A stretch of 64,000 nt of DNA from Erythrobacter sp. (lineage in GTDB: Bacteria > Pseudomonadota > Alphaproteobacteria > Sphingomonadales > Sphingomonadaceae): assembly GCA_024642565.1 (NCBI GenBank), contig JAHEAV010000004.1:30391-94390 (forward strand). The letters run 5' to 3'. Position numbers and translations under genes: made by a program. The notes beneath the pieces are model-generated. The model was given only the letters and a program-made list of their open reading frames with translations, did no database searches and was not told the origin of the DNA. Within the stretch, counting starts at the first letter, position 1; each line of letters opens with the position of its first letter. Below are positions 46,174 through 57,099 of this stretch, piece after piece.

Positions 46174-47671
46174 TATCACGGCGGGGGAAGGGCCCGATGC
46201 GGCACCGCTCGCACTGATCAGCGAAACCGCGCATGGCCCGCGAATCGAAACCGCAAATGCGGCGGGGTTGGCTGAAGGCATATGTGCCGGGATGATGCTT
46301 GCTGATGCACGCACCCTGTACCCCGGGTTGGCGGTTGCTCCGTCCGATCCGGCAGGGGATCTGGCCTTTCTTGAAAAGCTGGCCTTGTGGTCGCAGCGCT
46401 GGGGTCCGTGGACGGCCCTCGACCCACCGGATGGCCTGCTGGTCGATATCAGCGCAGTCGCCCATCTGTTTGGCGGTGAGGTGCGATTGCTGGATGATGC
46501 TGCCGCTGCTTTCGCCAATCGCGGCCTTTCCGCTCGTGTCGCTGCTGCGCCCACTGCCGGGGCAGCCTGGGCGCTGGCGCATTACGGATCGCAAGGCGCG
46601 ATATTGGCAAGCGGGGACGATGGCATGGCGCGCCTTTCCAGCCTCCCGGTTGCGGCGCTCCGGCTCGATAACGATGTACTCACCGTTTTACGCCGGCTCG
46701 GCCTCAAGCGCTTGGGTGATCTTTCCGGCAGGTTCGATGACAAGAGCGGGCGTGACGCGATCCAGCGGCGGTTTCGCAATCGGCGTTCGCCTGCGGCCAA
46801 CCCGCTGGTGCGGTTGGACCAATTGCTTGGCCGCGTGCCTGAACCTTTACTGCCCGTAGCTGCGCAATGCGTGCCCCTGGTGCAGCGACGTCTGGCGGAA
46901 CCGATCCGCCATCGCGCTTTGCTCGACCACGTGGTGGACGATCTCGCCAAAGACATGGTGCGCGAATTGGAAAGGCAGGCCAAGGGCGCGCGGCGAATGG
47001 ATCTGGGGCTGTGGCGGGTTGATGGTGAGGTGGTGATGCGCCATTTGGAACTCGCCGCAGCCACACGTGATCCGGCGCATATATGCCGGTTGTTTGCCGC
47101 GCGTCTGGACAATGTCGACGCCGGTTTCGGAATAGAGACCATTCGCCTGCGGGCAAGCTGGGTTGAGCCTTTGGCACTGGCGCAGGGTGATATGGAGGCT
47201 GCGGCGGAAGCCCGAGGCACTTCGCTTGCCGCCTTTGTTGACCGGCTGTCGGTCCGCCTTGGCCCGAATGCGGTACGCCGCCCGGTGCCCCACGCCAGCC
47301 ATATTCCCGAACGCGCCCAGCGCTGGCAACCGCCGTTGGAGGCGGAGCCGCCCAGTCAGGGGCAACTCGCCTTCCACACACGCCCGCTGAAACTGCTCGA
47401 CCGGGCCGAACCGATCGCAGTGCTCTATGCCACGCCCGATGGTTTCCCTCGCAGCTTTCGCTGGCGTGGGCAGGTGCATGATGTGGCGCGGGTTGAAGGG
47501 CCGGAACGCATTGCACCCGAATGGTGGCGTGAACGATCAACGGTTCGCCTGCGCGATTACTACCGGATCGAGGACGGGGAAGGGCGCCGCTACTGGATCT
47601 ATCGTCATGGTATCATAGGGGACGGGCGGGGCGGGTTGCCGGACTGGTATCTGCAAGGGCTGTTTGCCTGA
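46103..47671 (+). CDS. imuB: ImuB (Y-family DNA polymerase-like, catalytically inactive type)
   Basis: MMSRRIMSIWLARLSVDRW N-terminus is typical of ImuB. The start lies within imuA in another frame. The stop is immediately followed by the dnaE2 ATG. Confidence 0.85.
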   Translation: MMSRRIMSIWLARLSVDRWRLCNNITAGEGPDAAPLALISETAHGPRIETANAAGLAEGICAGMMLADARTLYPGLAVAPSDPAGDLAFLEKLALWSQRWGPWTALDPPDGLLVDISAVAHLFGGEVRLLDDAAAAFANRGLSARVAAAPTAGAAWALAHYGSQGAILASGDDGMARLSSLPVAALRLDNDVLTVLRRLGLKRLGDLSGRFDDKSGRDAIQRRFRNRRSPAANPLVRLDQLLGRVPEPLLPVAAQCVPLVQRRLAEPIRHRALLDHVVDDLAKDMVRELERQAKGARRMDLGLWRVDGEVVMRHLELAAATRDPAHICRLFAARLDNVDAGFGIETIRLRASWVEPLALAQGDMEAAAEARGTSLAAFVDRLSVRLGPNAVRRPVPHASHIPERAQRWQPPLEAEPPSQGQLAFHTRPLKLLDRAEPIAVLYATPDGFPRSFRWRGQVHDVARVEGPERIAPEWWRERSTVRLRDYYRIEDGEGRRYWIYRHGIIGDGRGGLPDWYLQGLFA

Positions 47672-50600
47672 ATGCCCGAAGCTGCACTCACCCCTAAAAA
47701 ACGCAAGGTCGAGATCGATTCCGATCAAATCGAGCCGCCATCTCGCGCGCCATTTGTTGAACTCGGCTTGGTCAGTTGTTTCAGTTTCTTGCGCGGGGCA
47801 TCGGATGCCGTTGATCTGGCGATGGCGGCACGGGCGCTGGGTTATGATGCGTTGGGGATTGCCGATGTCAACACTATGGCCGGTGTAGTGCGGATACATT
47901 GTGAGACTAAAGCGCTTAAATTGCAGCCTGTTATAGGTTGCCGGATAGAAACTGTCGAAGGTTTTGACTTCCTTGCCTATCCTACCGATCGGGCAGCCTA
48001 TGGGCGATTGTGCCGCCTGATCTCTGCCGGACGGATGGCGACGCTGGAAGGTGAATGGCAGGAAAAGGGGCAATGCGACATCTCGCTAGCCATGTTGGCG
48101 GAACAGAGTGAAGGGGTGCAACTGATTGCCCTGCCACCAAAGGATTTGTCGCAACGCTTCAGTATGGAGGTGCAAAGCAATGTCATACCTTTGCGATCTG
48201 GCGCAATCGGAACCATACAAAAAACCAATTCATTCAAGAATCTTATACCGGATATCTCAGAACAATTGCCAAGCTTGCGCCACCTTGCTGCAAGCTATCT
48301 CTATAATGGGGATGACATTGCCCGGATCGACGAACTCGATGCCTTGGCCGCTGCGCATGGATTGACGCTGCTGGCCACCAATGATGTCCATTACGCTGCG
48401 CCGGACAAGCGACCGTTGCAGGATGTGATGACCGCGATCCGGCACAAAACCACGGTGGCGCAAGCGGGCTACCGGCTTCACAGCAATGGTGAACGTTACC
48501 TCAAATCGCCGGGGGAGATGATTGCTCTGTTTGCCCGCTGGCCGCACGCGATCACGGCGGCGCGCGCGGTGGCTGATGCTTGCAATTTCAGTCTCGACGA
48601 ATTGCGCTACGAATATCCGGAAGAGATTTACCCGGACGGCATGACGCCGCAACAATTCCTGGAGAAATCGACCTGGGCGGGGGCAGACTGGCGCTATCCG
48701 GCCGGGCTGCCGGACAGTGTGCGCGATACGCTGAACCGCGAACTTGCGCTGATCGCCAAGCTTGATCTGGCGCGCTATTTCCTGACCATCAAGGATATCG
48801 TCGACTATGCGCGCGGGGTGGACCCCCCGATCCTGTGCCAGGGGCGCGGCAGCGCGGCTAATTCGGCGGTGTGTTACTGTCTGGAGATTACCTCGGTCGA
48901 TCCGGCCAAGCATGCGCTGCTGTTCGACCGGTTTATTTCCGAAGAACGCAAGGAACCGCCGGATATCGATGTCGATTTCGAACATGAGCGGCGTGAAGAG
49001 GTGATCCAGTACATCTACGCCCGCTATGGGCGCCACCGTGCAGGATTATGTGCCACGGTAATTCATTATCGCCCGCGCATGGCAATCCGCGAGGTCGGCA
49101 AGGCAATGGGTCTGTCCGAAGATGTCACCAGTGCACTGGCACGTACCGTGTGGGGTGGCCACGGGCGCGAGATCGGGGAAGCGCATGTCGCCGAAGTCGG
49201 CATGGATCTGTCCGATCCACACTTGCGGCGGGTGCTCAAACTTACCGATCAGATGATTGGAATGCCAAGACATTTGTCGCAGCACGTTGGCGGCTTCATT
49301 CTTACCGAAAGCCCGCTGACGGAAACTGTGCCGATCGGCAATGGTGCAATGCCTGATCGCAGTTTTATCGAATGGGACAAGGACGATATCGATGCGCTCG
49401 GTATCCTCAAGGTTGATGTACTGGCGCTAGGGATGCTGACCTGCATCCGGAAATGCCTCAACCTGCTTGAAAGCCACTATGACAGACGATTGACGCTGGC
49501 CACGGTCCCGCGTGAGGATCCGGCAACCTACACGATGCTGCGCAAGGGGGATTCCCTTGGTGTGTTTCAGGTTGAAAGCCGTGCACAGATGAACATGCTG
49601 CCGCGCCTTCGCCCGCGCGAGTTTTATGATTTGGTAATTCAGGTGGCGATCGTGCGGCCAGGCCCGATACAGGGCGATATGGTCCACCCCTATCTCAAGC
49701 GGCGGCGGGGTGAGGAGAAGGTCGAAATTCCTGCCCCAGGCCCGGCGCATGGCCCACCAGACGAGCTGTCCAGCATTCTTGGGCGTACATTGGGGGTGCC
49801 GATCTTTCAGGAGCAGGCGATGAAAATCGCGCTGGATGCTGCCAAATTCTCGTCGCTGGAAGCCAATCGGCTGCGCAAGGCGATGGCGACCTTCCGCAGC
49901 CGGGGTATGGTTGACGAATTGCAGGACATGATGGTCGAACGGATGGTGGAACGCGGCTATGATCGTGATTTCGCACAGCGCTGCTTCAACCAGATTCGCG
50001 GTTTCGGTGAATATGGCTTCCCTGAAAGCCATGCGGCCAGTTTTGCGCATCTCGTCTATGTATCGAGCTGGCTCAAATGCCATTTCCCGGCGGCGTTTGG
50101 CTGCGCGTTGCTGAATTCACAGCCAATGGGTTTCTATGCACCGGCACAGATCGTGCGCGATGCGCGGGAGCACGGGGTTCCGGTGCTGCCGGTTGACGTC
50201 AATCATTCAGATTGGGACTGCACTTTGGAAGGTCAGGATCGCAGCATCGCGCTGCGCCTTGGTTTCCGGCAAATAGACGGCCTGCCCGAACATGTTGCGG
50301 CGCGATTGGTGTCGGAACGGGTAGAGAATGGCCCCTATGGCGATGTCGCATCACTAAAGGACCGGGCGGGCCTGTCTCCCGCCTATATCGAACGGCTTGC
50401 AGCGGCAGACTGTTTTGATTCGCTGCAACTGACACGCCGTCAGGCGCTGTGGGACGCGCGCAGTTTGGTCGGCGGGTCGGATCTGCCATTGTTCCGTTAT
50501 GCTAAGACCCGTGACGAGGGCGCAGAGGCGGTCCGGACCCATTTGCCAGCGATGCCGCTGAGCGAAGAGGTGGTGAATGATTATCAGACCCAGCGCCTCA

Positions 50601-51082
50601 GTCTGAAGGCGCATCCTCTCGCTTTCATGCGCGCCAGCTTGGGTCAGCGCGGATTTGTGCGCGCCTGTGATCTCAGGGCCCGCAAGTTTCGTTCGATGGT
50701 GCAGGTGGCCGGGGTTGTGTTGATCCGTCAGCGGCCGGGCAGCGCCAAGGGTGTGTGCTTCATCACGCTGGAGGATGAAACCGGAGTGGTGAATCTGGTC
50801 ATCTGGCCTGATCTGATGGAGAAACAGCGCCGGGTGGTAATGGGCGCGCGGCTGATGGAGGTGCGTGGCCGGGTCGAATATGATGACGAGGTGATCCACG
50901 TAATCGCTGCCAATTTGACCGATGCCACGCAGGATCTGCACGCATTGTCGGATGATCCGCTCAATCGGACATTCAGCCCGCGCGAACATATCGATGCGTT
51001 ATCCGAACAACGCGATATCGCGCCGCGCCATGGCCATCCGCGAAATGTACGGATCATCCCCAAATCACGCGATTTTCATTGA
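47672..51082 (+). CDS. dnaE2: error-prone DNA polymerase DnaE2 (ImuC)
   Basis: 1136 aa with PHP domain (FVELGLVSCFSFLRGAS), the Pol III alpha core (GRGSAANSAVCYCLEIT, PDIDVDFE) and an OB-fold C-terminus. Confidence 0.95.
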   Translation: MPEAALTPKKRKVEIDSDQIEPPSRAPFVELGLVSCFSFLRGASDAVDLAMAARALGYDALGIADVNTMAGVVRIHCETKALKLQPVIGCRIETVEGFDFLAYPTDRAAYGRLCRLISAGRMATLEGEWQEKGQCDISLAMLAEQSEGVQLIALPPKDLSQRFSMEVQSNVIPLRSGAIGTIQKTNSFKNLIPDISEQLPSLRHLAASYLYNGDDIARIDELDALAAAHGLTLLATNDVHYAAPDKRPLQDVMTAIRHKTTVAQAGYRLHSNGERYLKSPGEMIALFARWPHAITAARAVADACNFSLDELRYEYPEEIYPDGMTPQQFLEKSTWAGADWRYPAGLPDSVRDTLNRELALIAKLDLARYFLTIKDIVDYARGVDPPILCQGRGSAANSAVCYCLEITSVDPAKHALLFDRFISEERKEPPDIDVDFEHERREEVIQYIYARYGRHRAGLCATVIHYRPRMAIREVGKAMGLSEDVTSALARTVWGGHGREIGEAHVAEVGMDLSDPHLRRVLKLTDQMIGMPRHLSQHVGGFILTESPLTETVPIGNGAMPDRSFIEWDKDDIDALGILKVDVLALGMLTCIRKCLNLLESHYDRRLTLATVPREDPATYTMLRKGDSLGVFQVESRAQMNMLPRLRPREFYDLVIQVAIVRPGPIQGDMVHPYLKRRRGEEKVEIPAPGPAHGPPDELSSILGRTLGVPIFQEQAMKIALDAAKFSSLEANRLRKAMATFRSRGMVDELQDMMVERMVERGYDRDFAQRCFNQIRGFGEYGFPESHAASFAHLVYVSSWLKCHFPAAFGCALLNSQPMGFYAPAQIVRDAREHGVPVLPVDVNHSDWDCTLEGQDRSIALRLGFRQIDGLPEHVAARLVSERVENGPYGDVASLKDRAGLSPAYIERLAAADCFDSLQLTRRQALWDARSLVGGSDLPLFRYAKTRDEGAEAVRTHLPAMPLSEEVVNDYQTQRLSLKAHPLAFMRASLGQRGFVRACDLRARKFRSMVQVAGVVLIRQRPGSAKGVCFITLEDETGVVNLVIWPDLMEKQRRVVMGARLMEVRGRVEYDDEVIHVIAANLTDATQDLHALSDDPLNRTFSPREHIDALSEQRDIAPRHGHPRNVRIIPKSRDFH

Positions 51083-51092
51083 TTGCAGGCGT

Positions 51093-51782
51093 TCAGACCG
51101 CCTCCAACGCGTAGCCTGCAGAACGCACGGTGCGGATCGGGTCCTTGGTTCCGTTCATTTCAATCGCCTTGCGAAGACGCCGGATATGCACGTCTACTGT
51201 ACGCAATTCGATATCGCTGCCCGTACCCCAAACTCCATCAAGCAGCTGTCCGCGGGAAAATACCCGGCCCGGGCTTTCCATGAAGAACTTAAGCAGGCGG
51301 TATTCGGTTGGTCCAAGCTGCAAGGTCTGCCCGCGCCGCGCCGCCCTATGGGCCACAGGATCGAGTTTTATATCGCCAACCTCGATCGATTCACCGGCAA
51401 GAGCCGGACGAATCCGGCGCATTACCGCCGCAACGCGCGCCAGCAATTCCCGGGGGGAGAACGGCTTGGTCAGATAATCATCGGCGCCGGTTTCAAGCCC
51501 GCGAATCCGATCATCCTCATTCTCGCGGGCTGTAAGCATGATGATCGGCACATGCGACGTCTGCTTGTCGCGGCGCAACCGCCGGCAAACCTCGATGCCG
51601 CTGGTCCCTTCAATCATCCAGTCGAGAATGATCAGATCGGGCACATCTTCTGCAGCCAGGATCAGCGCCTCGTCACCATCGGCAGTACTACGAACGTCAT
51701 AACCTTCATTCTGGAAACGAAATTCCAGCAATTCGGCCAGAGCCGGATCATCTTCAACCAGGAGTAGCTTGGCAGCAGGCAT
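51093..51782 (-). CDS. phoB: phosphate regulon response regulator PhoB
   Basis: 229 aa. REC domain (KLLLVEDD...LIILDWMI) plus OmpR/PhoB winged helix (VDVHIRRLRKAI...IRTVRSAGYAL). Confidence 0.95.
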   Translation of the reverse strand: MPAAKLLLVEDDPALAELLEFRFQNEGYDVRSTADGDEALILAAEDVPDLIILDWMIEGTSGIEVCRRLRRDKQTSHVPIIMLTARENEDDRIRGLETGADDYLTKPFSPRELLARVAAVMRRIRPALAGESIEVGDIKLDPVAHRAARRGQTLQLGPTEYRLLKFFMESPGRVFSRGQLLDGVWGTGSDIELRTVDVHIRRLRKAIEMNGTKDPIRTVRSAGYALEAV

Positions 51783-51839
51783 GGAAAAGACTCACTATCG
51801 TTAACTGTCACAACCACGCACGGATAATGTTACGGTTTC

Positions 51840-51857
51840 ACGACATGAGTATGACTT
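51840..51857 (-). promoter_or_regulatory. weak Pho-box-like direct repeat upstream of phoB
   Basis: The minus strand reads AAGTCAT-ACTC-ATGTCGT (5/7 plus 5/7 to CTGTCAT-N4-CTGTCAT), followed 10 nt later by CATTAT as a possible -10. Confidence 0.3.
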
Positions 51858-51864
51858 ACCCGGT

Positions 51865-52536
51865 TCAGCGATCCTCATCCGGGGGGTAATTGCCAGTTGC
51901 CGCGAAGTGGACCATTTCTGCAACATTGGTTGCGTGATCGCCGATCCGTTCCAGATTGCGCGCAATAAACAGGATCTGGGCGGCGCTCGAAATGGTTGCA
52001 GGATTCTCAACCATATAGCTCACAACATTACGAAATATGCTGTTGTAGAACGCATCAACCTTATCGTCGGTTGCGATAACTTCCCGGGCCAGAACAGGAT
52101 CGCGTGCCGCATAAGCGGTCAGCACATCATGAACCATCTCGGTGGCAATATCGCCCATTGCCGGCAACAGCGTAAGCGGTTCGAAATGCTTGCGGCCTTC
52201 GATTTTTCCAACCCGTTTGGCGATGTTCTTGGAATAATCGCCAATACGTTCGACCACGCCGGCAATTTTGAGAGCGGCAATCACTTCCCGCAAATCGTCT
52301 GCCATCGGGGCCCGCAGGGCGATGATCCGCACCGCCAGCTTGTCCACCTCGGCTTCGAGCCTATCGATCTTCTTGTCGCGGGCAATCACGCCTTCGGCCA
52401 GACTTTCATCCCCGTTGACCATCGATTCCATCGCTTCCTGGATCGACAATTCGGCAAGGCCGCCCATTTCGGCAATCAGGCCGCGCAGACGGGTAATGTC
52501 CTCGTCAAACGCTTTAACTGTATGTTCTGCCATCAT
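51865..52536 (-). CDS. phoU: phosphate signalling complex protein PhoU
   Basis: 223 aa with two PhoU repeats ([11 protein letters not shown] and [12 protein letters not shown]). Confidence 0.95.
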   Translation of the reverse strand: MMAEHTVKAFDEDITRLRGLIAEMGGLAELSIQEAMESMVNGDESLAEGVIARDKKIDRLEAEVDKLAVRIIALRAPMADDLREVIAALKIAGVVERIGDYSKNIAKRVGKIEGRKHFEPLTLLPAMGDIATEMVHDVLTAYAARDPVLAREVIATDDKVDAFYNSIFRNVVSYMVENPATISSAAQILFIARNLERIGDHATNVAEMVHFAATGNYPPDEDR

Positions 52537-53324
52537 CCGTACCGCCCTGTGATATAATCCTTGGTCCGCTCTTCGAGTGGATTGGTGAATATGTCAGAAG
52601 TGCGACCATATTCCACTATCTTTCCAAGATGGAAAAAAGCCGTCCGTTGGGACACGCGCGCCGCCTGCTGCATGGAATGGGTTACGATCACAATGGCATA
52701 ACTGCCATTAAGTTCATCAATCAGTTCTTCGATCTTGGCTGTGGCAATCGGATCGAGCGCGGAACACGGCTCGTCCATCAGGATCACTTCGGGATCAACC
52801 GCGATCGCGCGGGCGATACACAGGCGCTGCTGTTGCCCTCCGGAAAGGGCGGTGCCGCTGTCATCCAGTCGATCGCTTACTTCAGCCCATAGCCCGGCGC
52901 GGCGAAGCGATTTTTCAACCACTTCGTCCAATTCCGCCTTGCCGCTTGCAAGGCCGTGAATCTTCGGCCCGTAAGCCACGTTTTCGTAAATAGATTTGGG
53001 GAACGGATTGGGTTTCTGGAACACCATCCCGACACGCGCACGCAATTGCACCACGTCCATCTTGGAACGATAGATATCTTCCCCGTCCAGCGTGATTTCA
53101 CCTTCCACGCGCGCGCTGGGAATCGTATCGTTCATCCGGTTTAGCGAACGAAGAAAGGTCGATTTTCCGCAACCGGACGGACCAATAAAGGCGGTCACAT
53201 ATTTCGTCGGAATATCGATCGAAACATCGTCGATAGCCTTTTTGTCTCCGTAATAGACGGACACATCCCGAGCGCTCATCTTTGCGTCGGCTTTTTCCAT
53301 ATTGGGATGGACTACAGTCACCAC
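52533..53324 (-). CDS. pstB: phosphate ABC transporter ATP-binding protein PstB
   Basis: Walker [10 protein letters not shown], signature [14 protein letters not shown] and Walker B ILMDEP. The start may be one of the internal ATGs at 53300 or 53279. Confidence 0.95.
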   Translation of the reverse strand: MVTVVHPNMEKADAKMSARDVSVYYGDKKAIDDVSIDIPTKYVTAFIGPSGCGKSTFLRSLNRMNDTIPSARVEGEITLDGEDIYRSKMDVVQLRARVGMVFQKPNPFPKSIYENVAYGPKIHGLASGKAELDEVVEKSLRRAGLWAEVSDRLDDSGTALSGGQQQRLCIARAIAVDPEVILMDEPCSALDPIATAKIEELIDELNGSYAIVIVTHSMQQAARVSQRTAFFHLGKIVEYGRTSDIFTNPLEERTKDYITGRYG

Positions 53325-54568
53325 TTTTTCTCGAAACGGTTGCGCAGATAAATGGCGAGGCCATTCATCAGCAGGAGGAATATCAATAGCACAATAATTG
53401 CCGCAGAGGTGCGTTCAACGAATCCCCGATCAATTTCGTCCGACCAGAGGAAAATCTGGACCGGGAGAACGGTAGCCGGGGATGTGAAGCCGGCAGGCGG
53501 TGTCGCGACAAAAGCCCGCATCCCGATCATCAGCAGCGGCGCGGTTTCACCAAGCGCACGGGCCATGCCGATGATGGTTCCTGTAAGAATTCCAGGGAGG
53601 GCAAGCGGCAGAACATGATGGAAAACAACCTGCACCTTCGATGCGCCGATCGCCAGAGCCCCATCCCGGATAGATGGCGGCACCGCTTTGATCGCATTGC
53701 GCCCGGAAATGACGATCACGGGCATTGTCATCAAGGCAAGCGTCATCCCCCCGATGAGCGGTGCTGAGCGCATATTCGGGAATATCCACAGGAATACCGC
53801 AAGGCCCAGCAGTCCGAAAATGATCGAGGGGACCGCAGCCAAATTGTTGATTGAAACCTCGATCACGTCGGTCCAGCGGTTCTTCGGGGCGTATTCCTCG
53901 AGGTAGAGTGCGGCCATCACGCCGATGGGAAACGCAAGGATCAAGGTGATGAACATGGTCAGCATCGATCCCTTGAGTGCACCCCAGATACCCACTTCCT
54001 GGGGATCGGTCGCATCGGAACGTTCCAGAAACCCAAGGTCCAGGCGCGTATCAAGTTTGCCATCTCTGGAGAGTGAAGCGGCCAGCGCCTGCATTTCGGC
54101 GCGGCCTTCCTTGTTCAACCCTGCTGCAAGCTTTGGGCTGGCCGGAAGGGAGAAGTTTACGGATTCCCGCAATATCGAAGGATCAGAAACAATCGCTTCG
54201 GCAACCGATCTCCAGGCATTGTCGCTGAGCTGATCGGCGCCCTCTTTGCCAAGACTTTGCTCAGCAAAATACGTTACAATGGCGGGAAGGCCCTGCGCTT
54301 CCAGGCTCTGCACGGCATCGACTTGCGCCAGAGCCACCGGATCGCCCGCCAGGCCTGCCTGGGTGAAATCGATAGGAACGGCCAATTCGGCACGTTGGAA
54401 GCCGCCAACTCCGTTGATCCCCATGTTTACCAGCAGCAAAAACAGCACGCCCACAGAAAACAGGATCGCGCCAAGCCCGACCCGCCTGAACCTGCGTTCG
54501 GCAGCGTAACGCTTCTTCAAATGTGCTTCGAAAGCAATCGTACGGGTAGGGGCGATGCGCTCACTCAT
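53318..54568 (-). CDS. pstA: phosphate ABC transporter permease PstA
   Basis: 416 aa. Long periplasmic loop after TM1 and the EAA-loop region [22 protein letters not shown]. Confidence 0.92.
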   Translation of the reverse strand: MSERIAPTRTIAFEAHLKKRYAAERRFRRVGLGAILFSVGVLFLLLVNMGINGVGGFQRAELAVPIDFTQAGLAGDPVALAQVDAVQSLEAQGLPAIVTYFAEQSLGKEGADQLSDNAWRSVAEAIVSDPSILRESVNFSLPASPKLAAGLNKEGRAEMQALAASLSRDGKLDTRLDLGFLERSDATDPQEVGIWGALKGSMLTMFITLILAFPIGVMAALYLEEYAPKNRWTDVIEVSINNLAAVPSIIFGLLGLAVFLWIFPNMRSAPLIGGMTLALMTMPVIVISGRNAIKAVPPSIRDGALAIGASKVQVVFHHVLPLALPGILTGTIIGMARALGETAPLLMIGMRAFVATPPAGFTSPATVLPVQIFLWSDEIDRGFVERTSAAIIVLLIFLLLMNGLAIYLRNRFEKKW

Positions 54569-55946
54569 ATGCTTCGCGGAACCTCTTGACCACTCGCAGT
54601 GCGACGAAATTCAGACCCAAGGTCACCATGAACAGCACAAAACCCAGGGCAAATGCGCTCAGCGTAGCCGGATGGTCGAAGCTGCCTTCGCCAGTCAGCA
54701 TCGCCACGATCTGGAACGTCACCGTAGTCATGGCTTCGAGCGGGTTGCCTGTGAGATTGGCCGCCGCACCTGCGGCCATCACCACAATCATGGTTTCCCC
54801 GATTGCCCGGCTTATGGCGAGCATGATGCCGGCCACGATACCGGGCAGGGCTGCTGGCACCAGCACGCGGCGGATCGTTTCGGAAGTGGTCGCACCCATC
54901 GCCAGGCTGCCGTCGCGCATCGCCTGCGGCACCGCGGCAATCGAATCGTCAGCCATGGATGAAACAAAGGGAATGATCATCACCCCCATGACCAGGCCAG
55001 CCGCCAACGCGCTTTCGCTCGATGCATTGGTGATCCCGACAGCCAGCGCGGCATCGCGTATCGCTGGCGCCACAGTAAGCGCGGCAAAATAGCCATAAAC
55101 CACGGTTGGGACACCCGCCAGAATCTCAAGCGCCGGTTTGATCCAGGCCCGCAGACGGGGGTTTGCATATTGGGTGAGATAGATCGCGCTCATCAAACCA
55201 AGCGGTATGGCAACGATCATCGCAATGATGGCGCCAATATAGATCGTGCCCCAGAACAAAGGGATCGCGCCGTAACGCGATGGATCCGGATTGTCCGGAT
55301 TGCTCATCGGATCGGGGCCCCAATGCGTTCCAAATAGGAAGTCCAACGGGCTGACCATGCCAAAAAATCGGATAGTCTCGAAGACAAGGCTGACCACGAT
55401 ACCCAGAGTTGTTAGGATCGCCACCAGGGATGCGAACAGCAAGATGGCCATGACCGCACGTTCCACGCGGGTGCGCGCTGTAAAATCGGGTTTGATCCTG
55501 AGAAAGGCCCAAACCCCGGTGAGGAACGCAATAATCAGGGTTGCGAGCACACCGATCAGGTTAAACTTTGCCAGCGCATCGCGATACGGTTCGACCAAAG
55601 CTGCCGCTGCCGGATTGAAAACGCCGCTGGAATTCCCGATCGCGACCGAACGTGCCTCGCTTAGTATCGCGTTACGCTGAAAGCCGAAGGATGGAAGATC
55701 GGATGCCGCCGGTGCCGCCAACACCGATTGGGTTACAAGCTGCGGGGCTATAATGGACCATAGACCGATAAACAGCAGCACCGGGATCACAATCCACAGC
55801 GCCACATACCAGCCATGATAATTGGGAAGGGCGGCAATTCGCCCGGTCGCGCTGTCGCGTCGGAAGGTCCATGCACGCGCGCGCGCCGCCAGCCATCCGG
55901 CAAGGCCAAGGCCAAGGGCCAGGACAAGCAGAATGGCTGGAGACAT
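54561..55946 (-). CDS. pstC: phosphate ABC transporter permease PstC
   Basis: 461 aa with the permease EAA-loop region MRDGSLAMGATTSETIRRVLVP. It overlaps pstA by 8 nt. Confidence 0.92.
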   Translation of the reverse strand: MSPAILLVLALGLGLAGWLAARARAWTFRRDSATGRIAALPNYHGWYVALWIVIPVLLFIGLWSIIAPQLVTQSVLAAPAASDLPSFGFQRNAILSEARSVAIGNSSGVFNPAAAALVEPYRDALAKFNLIGVLATLIIAFLTGVWAFLRIKPDFTARTRVERAVMAILLFASLVAILTTLGIVVSLVFETIRFFGMVSPLDFLFGTHWGPDPMSNPDNPDPSRYGAIPLFWGTIYIGAIIAMIVAIPLGLMSAIYLTQYANPRLRAWIKPALEILAGVPTVVYGYFAALTVAPAIRDAALAVGITNASSESALAAGLVMGVMIIPFVSSMADDSIAAVPQAMRDGSLAMGATTSETIRRVLVPAALPGIVAGIMLAISRAIGETMIVVMAAGAAANLTGNPLEAMTTVTFQIVAMLTGEGSFDHPATLSAFALGFVLFMVTLGLNFVALRVVKRFREAYE

Positions 55947-55959
55947 ATTCAGTTGCGCC

Positions 55960-57003
55960 TTATTTTAGATCCGCGCCCGTCATCACTTTGGATTCGGTTG
56001 CAGCAGCAAGGCTGGTAGCCATAACATCATCGGGGGCTGCGACCAGACCAATCTTGGCCAACGGGCCGTCTTTCGACCAGCTTTTTGTCCATTCAGCGAT
56101 ATATTCCTTCAGGCCAGGAATAGCGTTCAAATGGGCCTTCTTGACGTACACATAGAGCGGACGTGCACCCGGATATTTGAAGGTCGAAATATTGGCGTAA
56201 GTTGCCTTGACCCCGTTCATCGGCAAGTCCTGCAGCTTGTCGATATTTTCTTCGAGGTAGGAATAACCAAACACGCCGACGGCTTTCGGGTTGCTTTCGA
56301 TTTTCTGGACAATCAAATTGTCCTGTTCACCCTGGTCGACGTAGGCGCCATCATCACGCACTTCGGTGCACAATTGGTCATAGCGATCCTTGTCGCTGTC
56401 TTTCAGGGCCTTCATTGCCGGATCGGATTTGCATCCTGCTTCGAGGATAAGTTCCTTCAGCGCATCACGAGTACCAGATGTGGAGGGGGGGCCATAAACC
56501 AGGATCGGTTCTTTTGGCAGAGATGCGTCGACATCAGACCAAAGCTTGGCCGTCTGTTCCTTGCCATAGGGGGACTTGGCCAGGGCTTCGTATACGATTT
56601 TCGGGGTCAGATTAATCGTCATACCGTTTTTCGCCGCCGCAAAGGCAATTCCGTCCAGCCCGACCTGCAGTTCGATGATGTCTTTCACGCCATTGGCCTG
56701 GCATGATTCGAATTCAGACTTCTTCATCTGGCGCGAAGCATTGGCGATATCCGGCGTGTTCGGCCCGACACCTGCACAGAAAAGCTTCATGCCGCCGCCG
56801 GTTCCGGTGGATTCGATGATTGGTGAATTCATGCCAGGATTGGACTGGGTGAACAGTTCTGCCACCTTCTTGGCAAAGGGGTAAACGGTGGATGAGCCTA
56901 CTGCGCGGATTGAATCGCGGGTGGCGGAATCGCTGCTCTGACCGCAAGCGGAAAGAGCTAAGGCCGATGCGGCAACAAGGCCGAAAGTCGTCAGAGAACG
57001 CAT
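55960..57003 (-). CDS. pstS: phosphate-binding lipoprotein PstS
   Basis: 347 aa with lipobox MRSLTTFGLVAASALALSAC and phosphate-binding-protein regions (VGSSTVYPF, STGTGGG, PSTSGTRD). Confidence 0.9.
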   Translation of the reverse strand: MRSLTTFGLVAASALALSACGQSSDSATRDSIRAVGSSTVYPFAKKVAELFTQSNPGMNSPIIESTGTGGGMKLFCAGVGPNTPDIANASRQMKKSEFESCQANGVKDIIELQVGLDGIAFAAAKNGMTINLTPKIVYEALAKSPYGKEQTAKLWSDVDASLPKEPILVYGPPSTSGTRDALKELILEAGCKSDPAMKALKDSDKDRYDQLCTEVRDDGAYVDQGEQDNLIVQKIESNPKAVGVFGYSYLEENIDKLQDLPMNGVKATYANISTFKYPGARPLYVYVKKAHLNAIPGLKEYIAEWTKSWSKDGPLAKIGLVAAPDDVMATSLAAATESKVMTGADLK

Positions 57004-57065
57004 AGTAAGATACCTTTTCGTTGAAGCGCTGTCTTTGCAGTCGTGCCGGCTGTTAAACCGAGCAT

Positions 57066-57083
57066 GTGACAGCAGAGTGACAA
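57066..57083 (-). promoter_or_regulatory. Pho box upstream of pstS
   Basis: The minus strand reads TTGTCAC-TCTG-CTGTCAC, a near-consensus 7-4-7 direct repeat (CTGTCAT-N4-CTGTCAT). It lies about 63 nt upstream of the pstS ATG, with TAACAG 10 nt downstream as a possible -10. Confidence 0.65.
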
Positions 57084-57099
57084 TTGGAAGGGGGGTGTC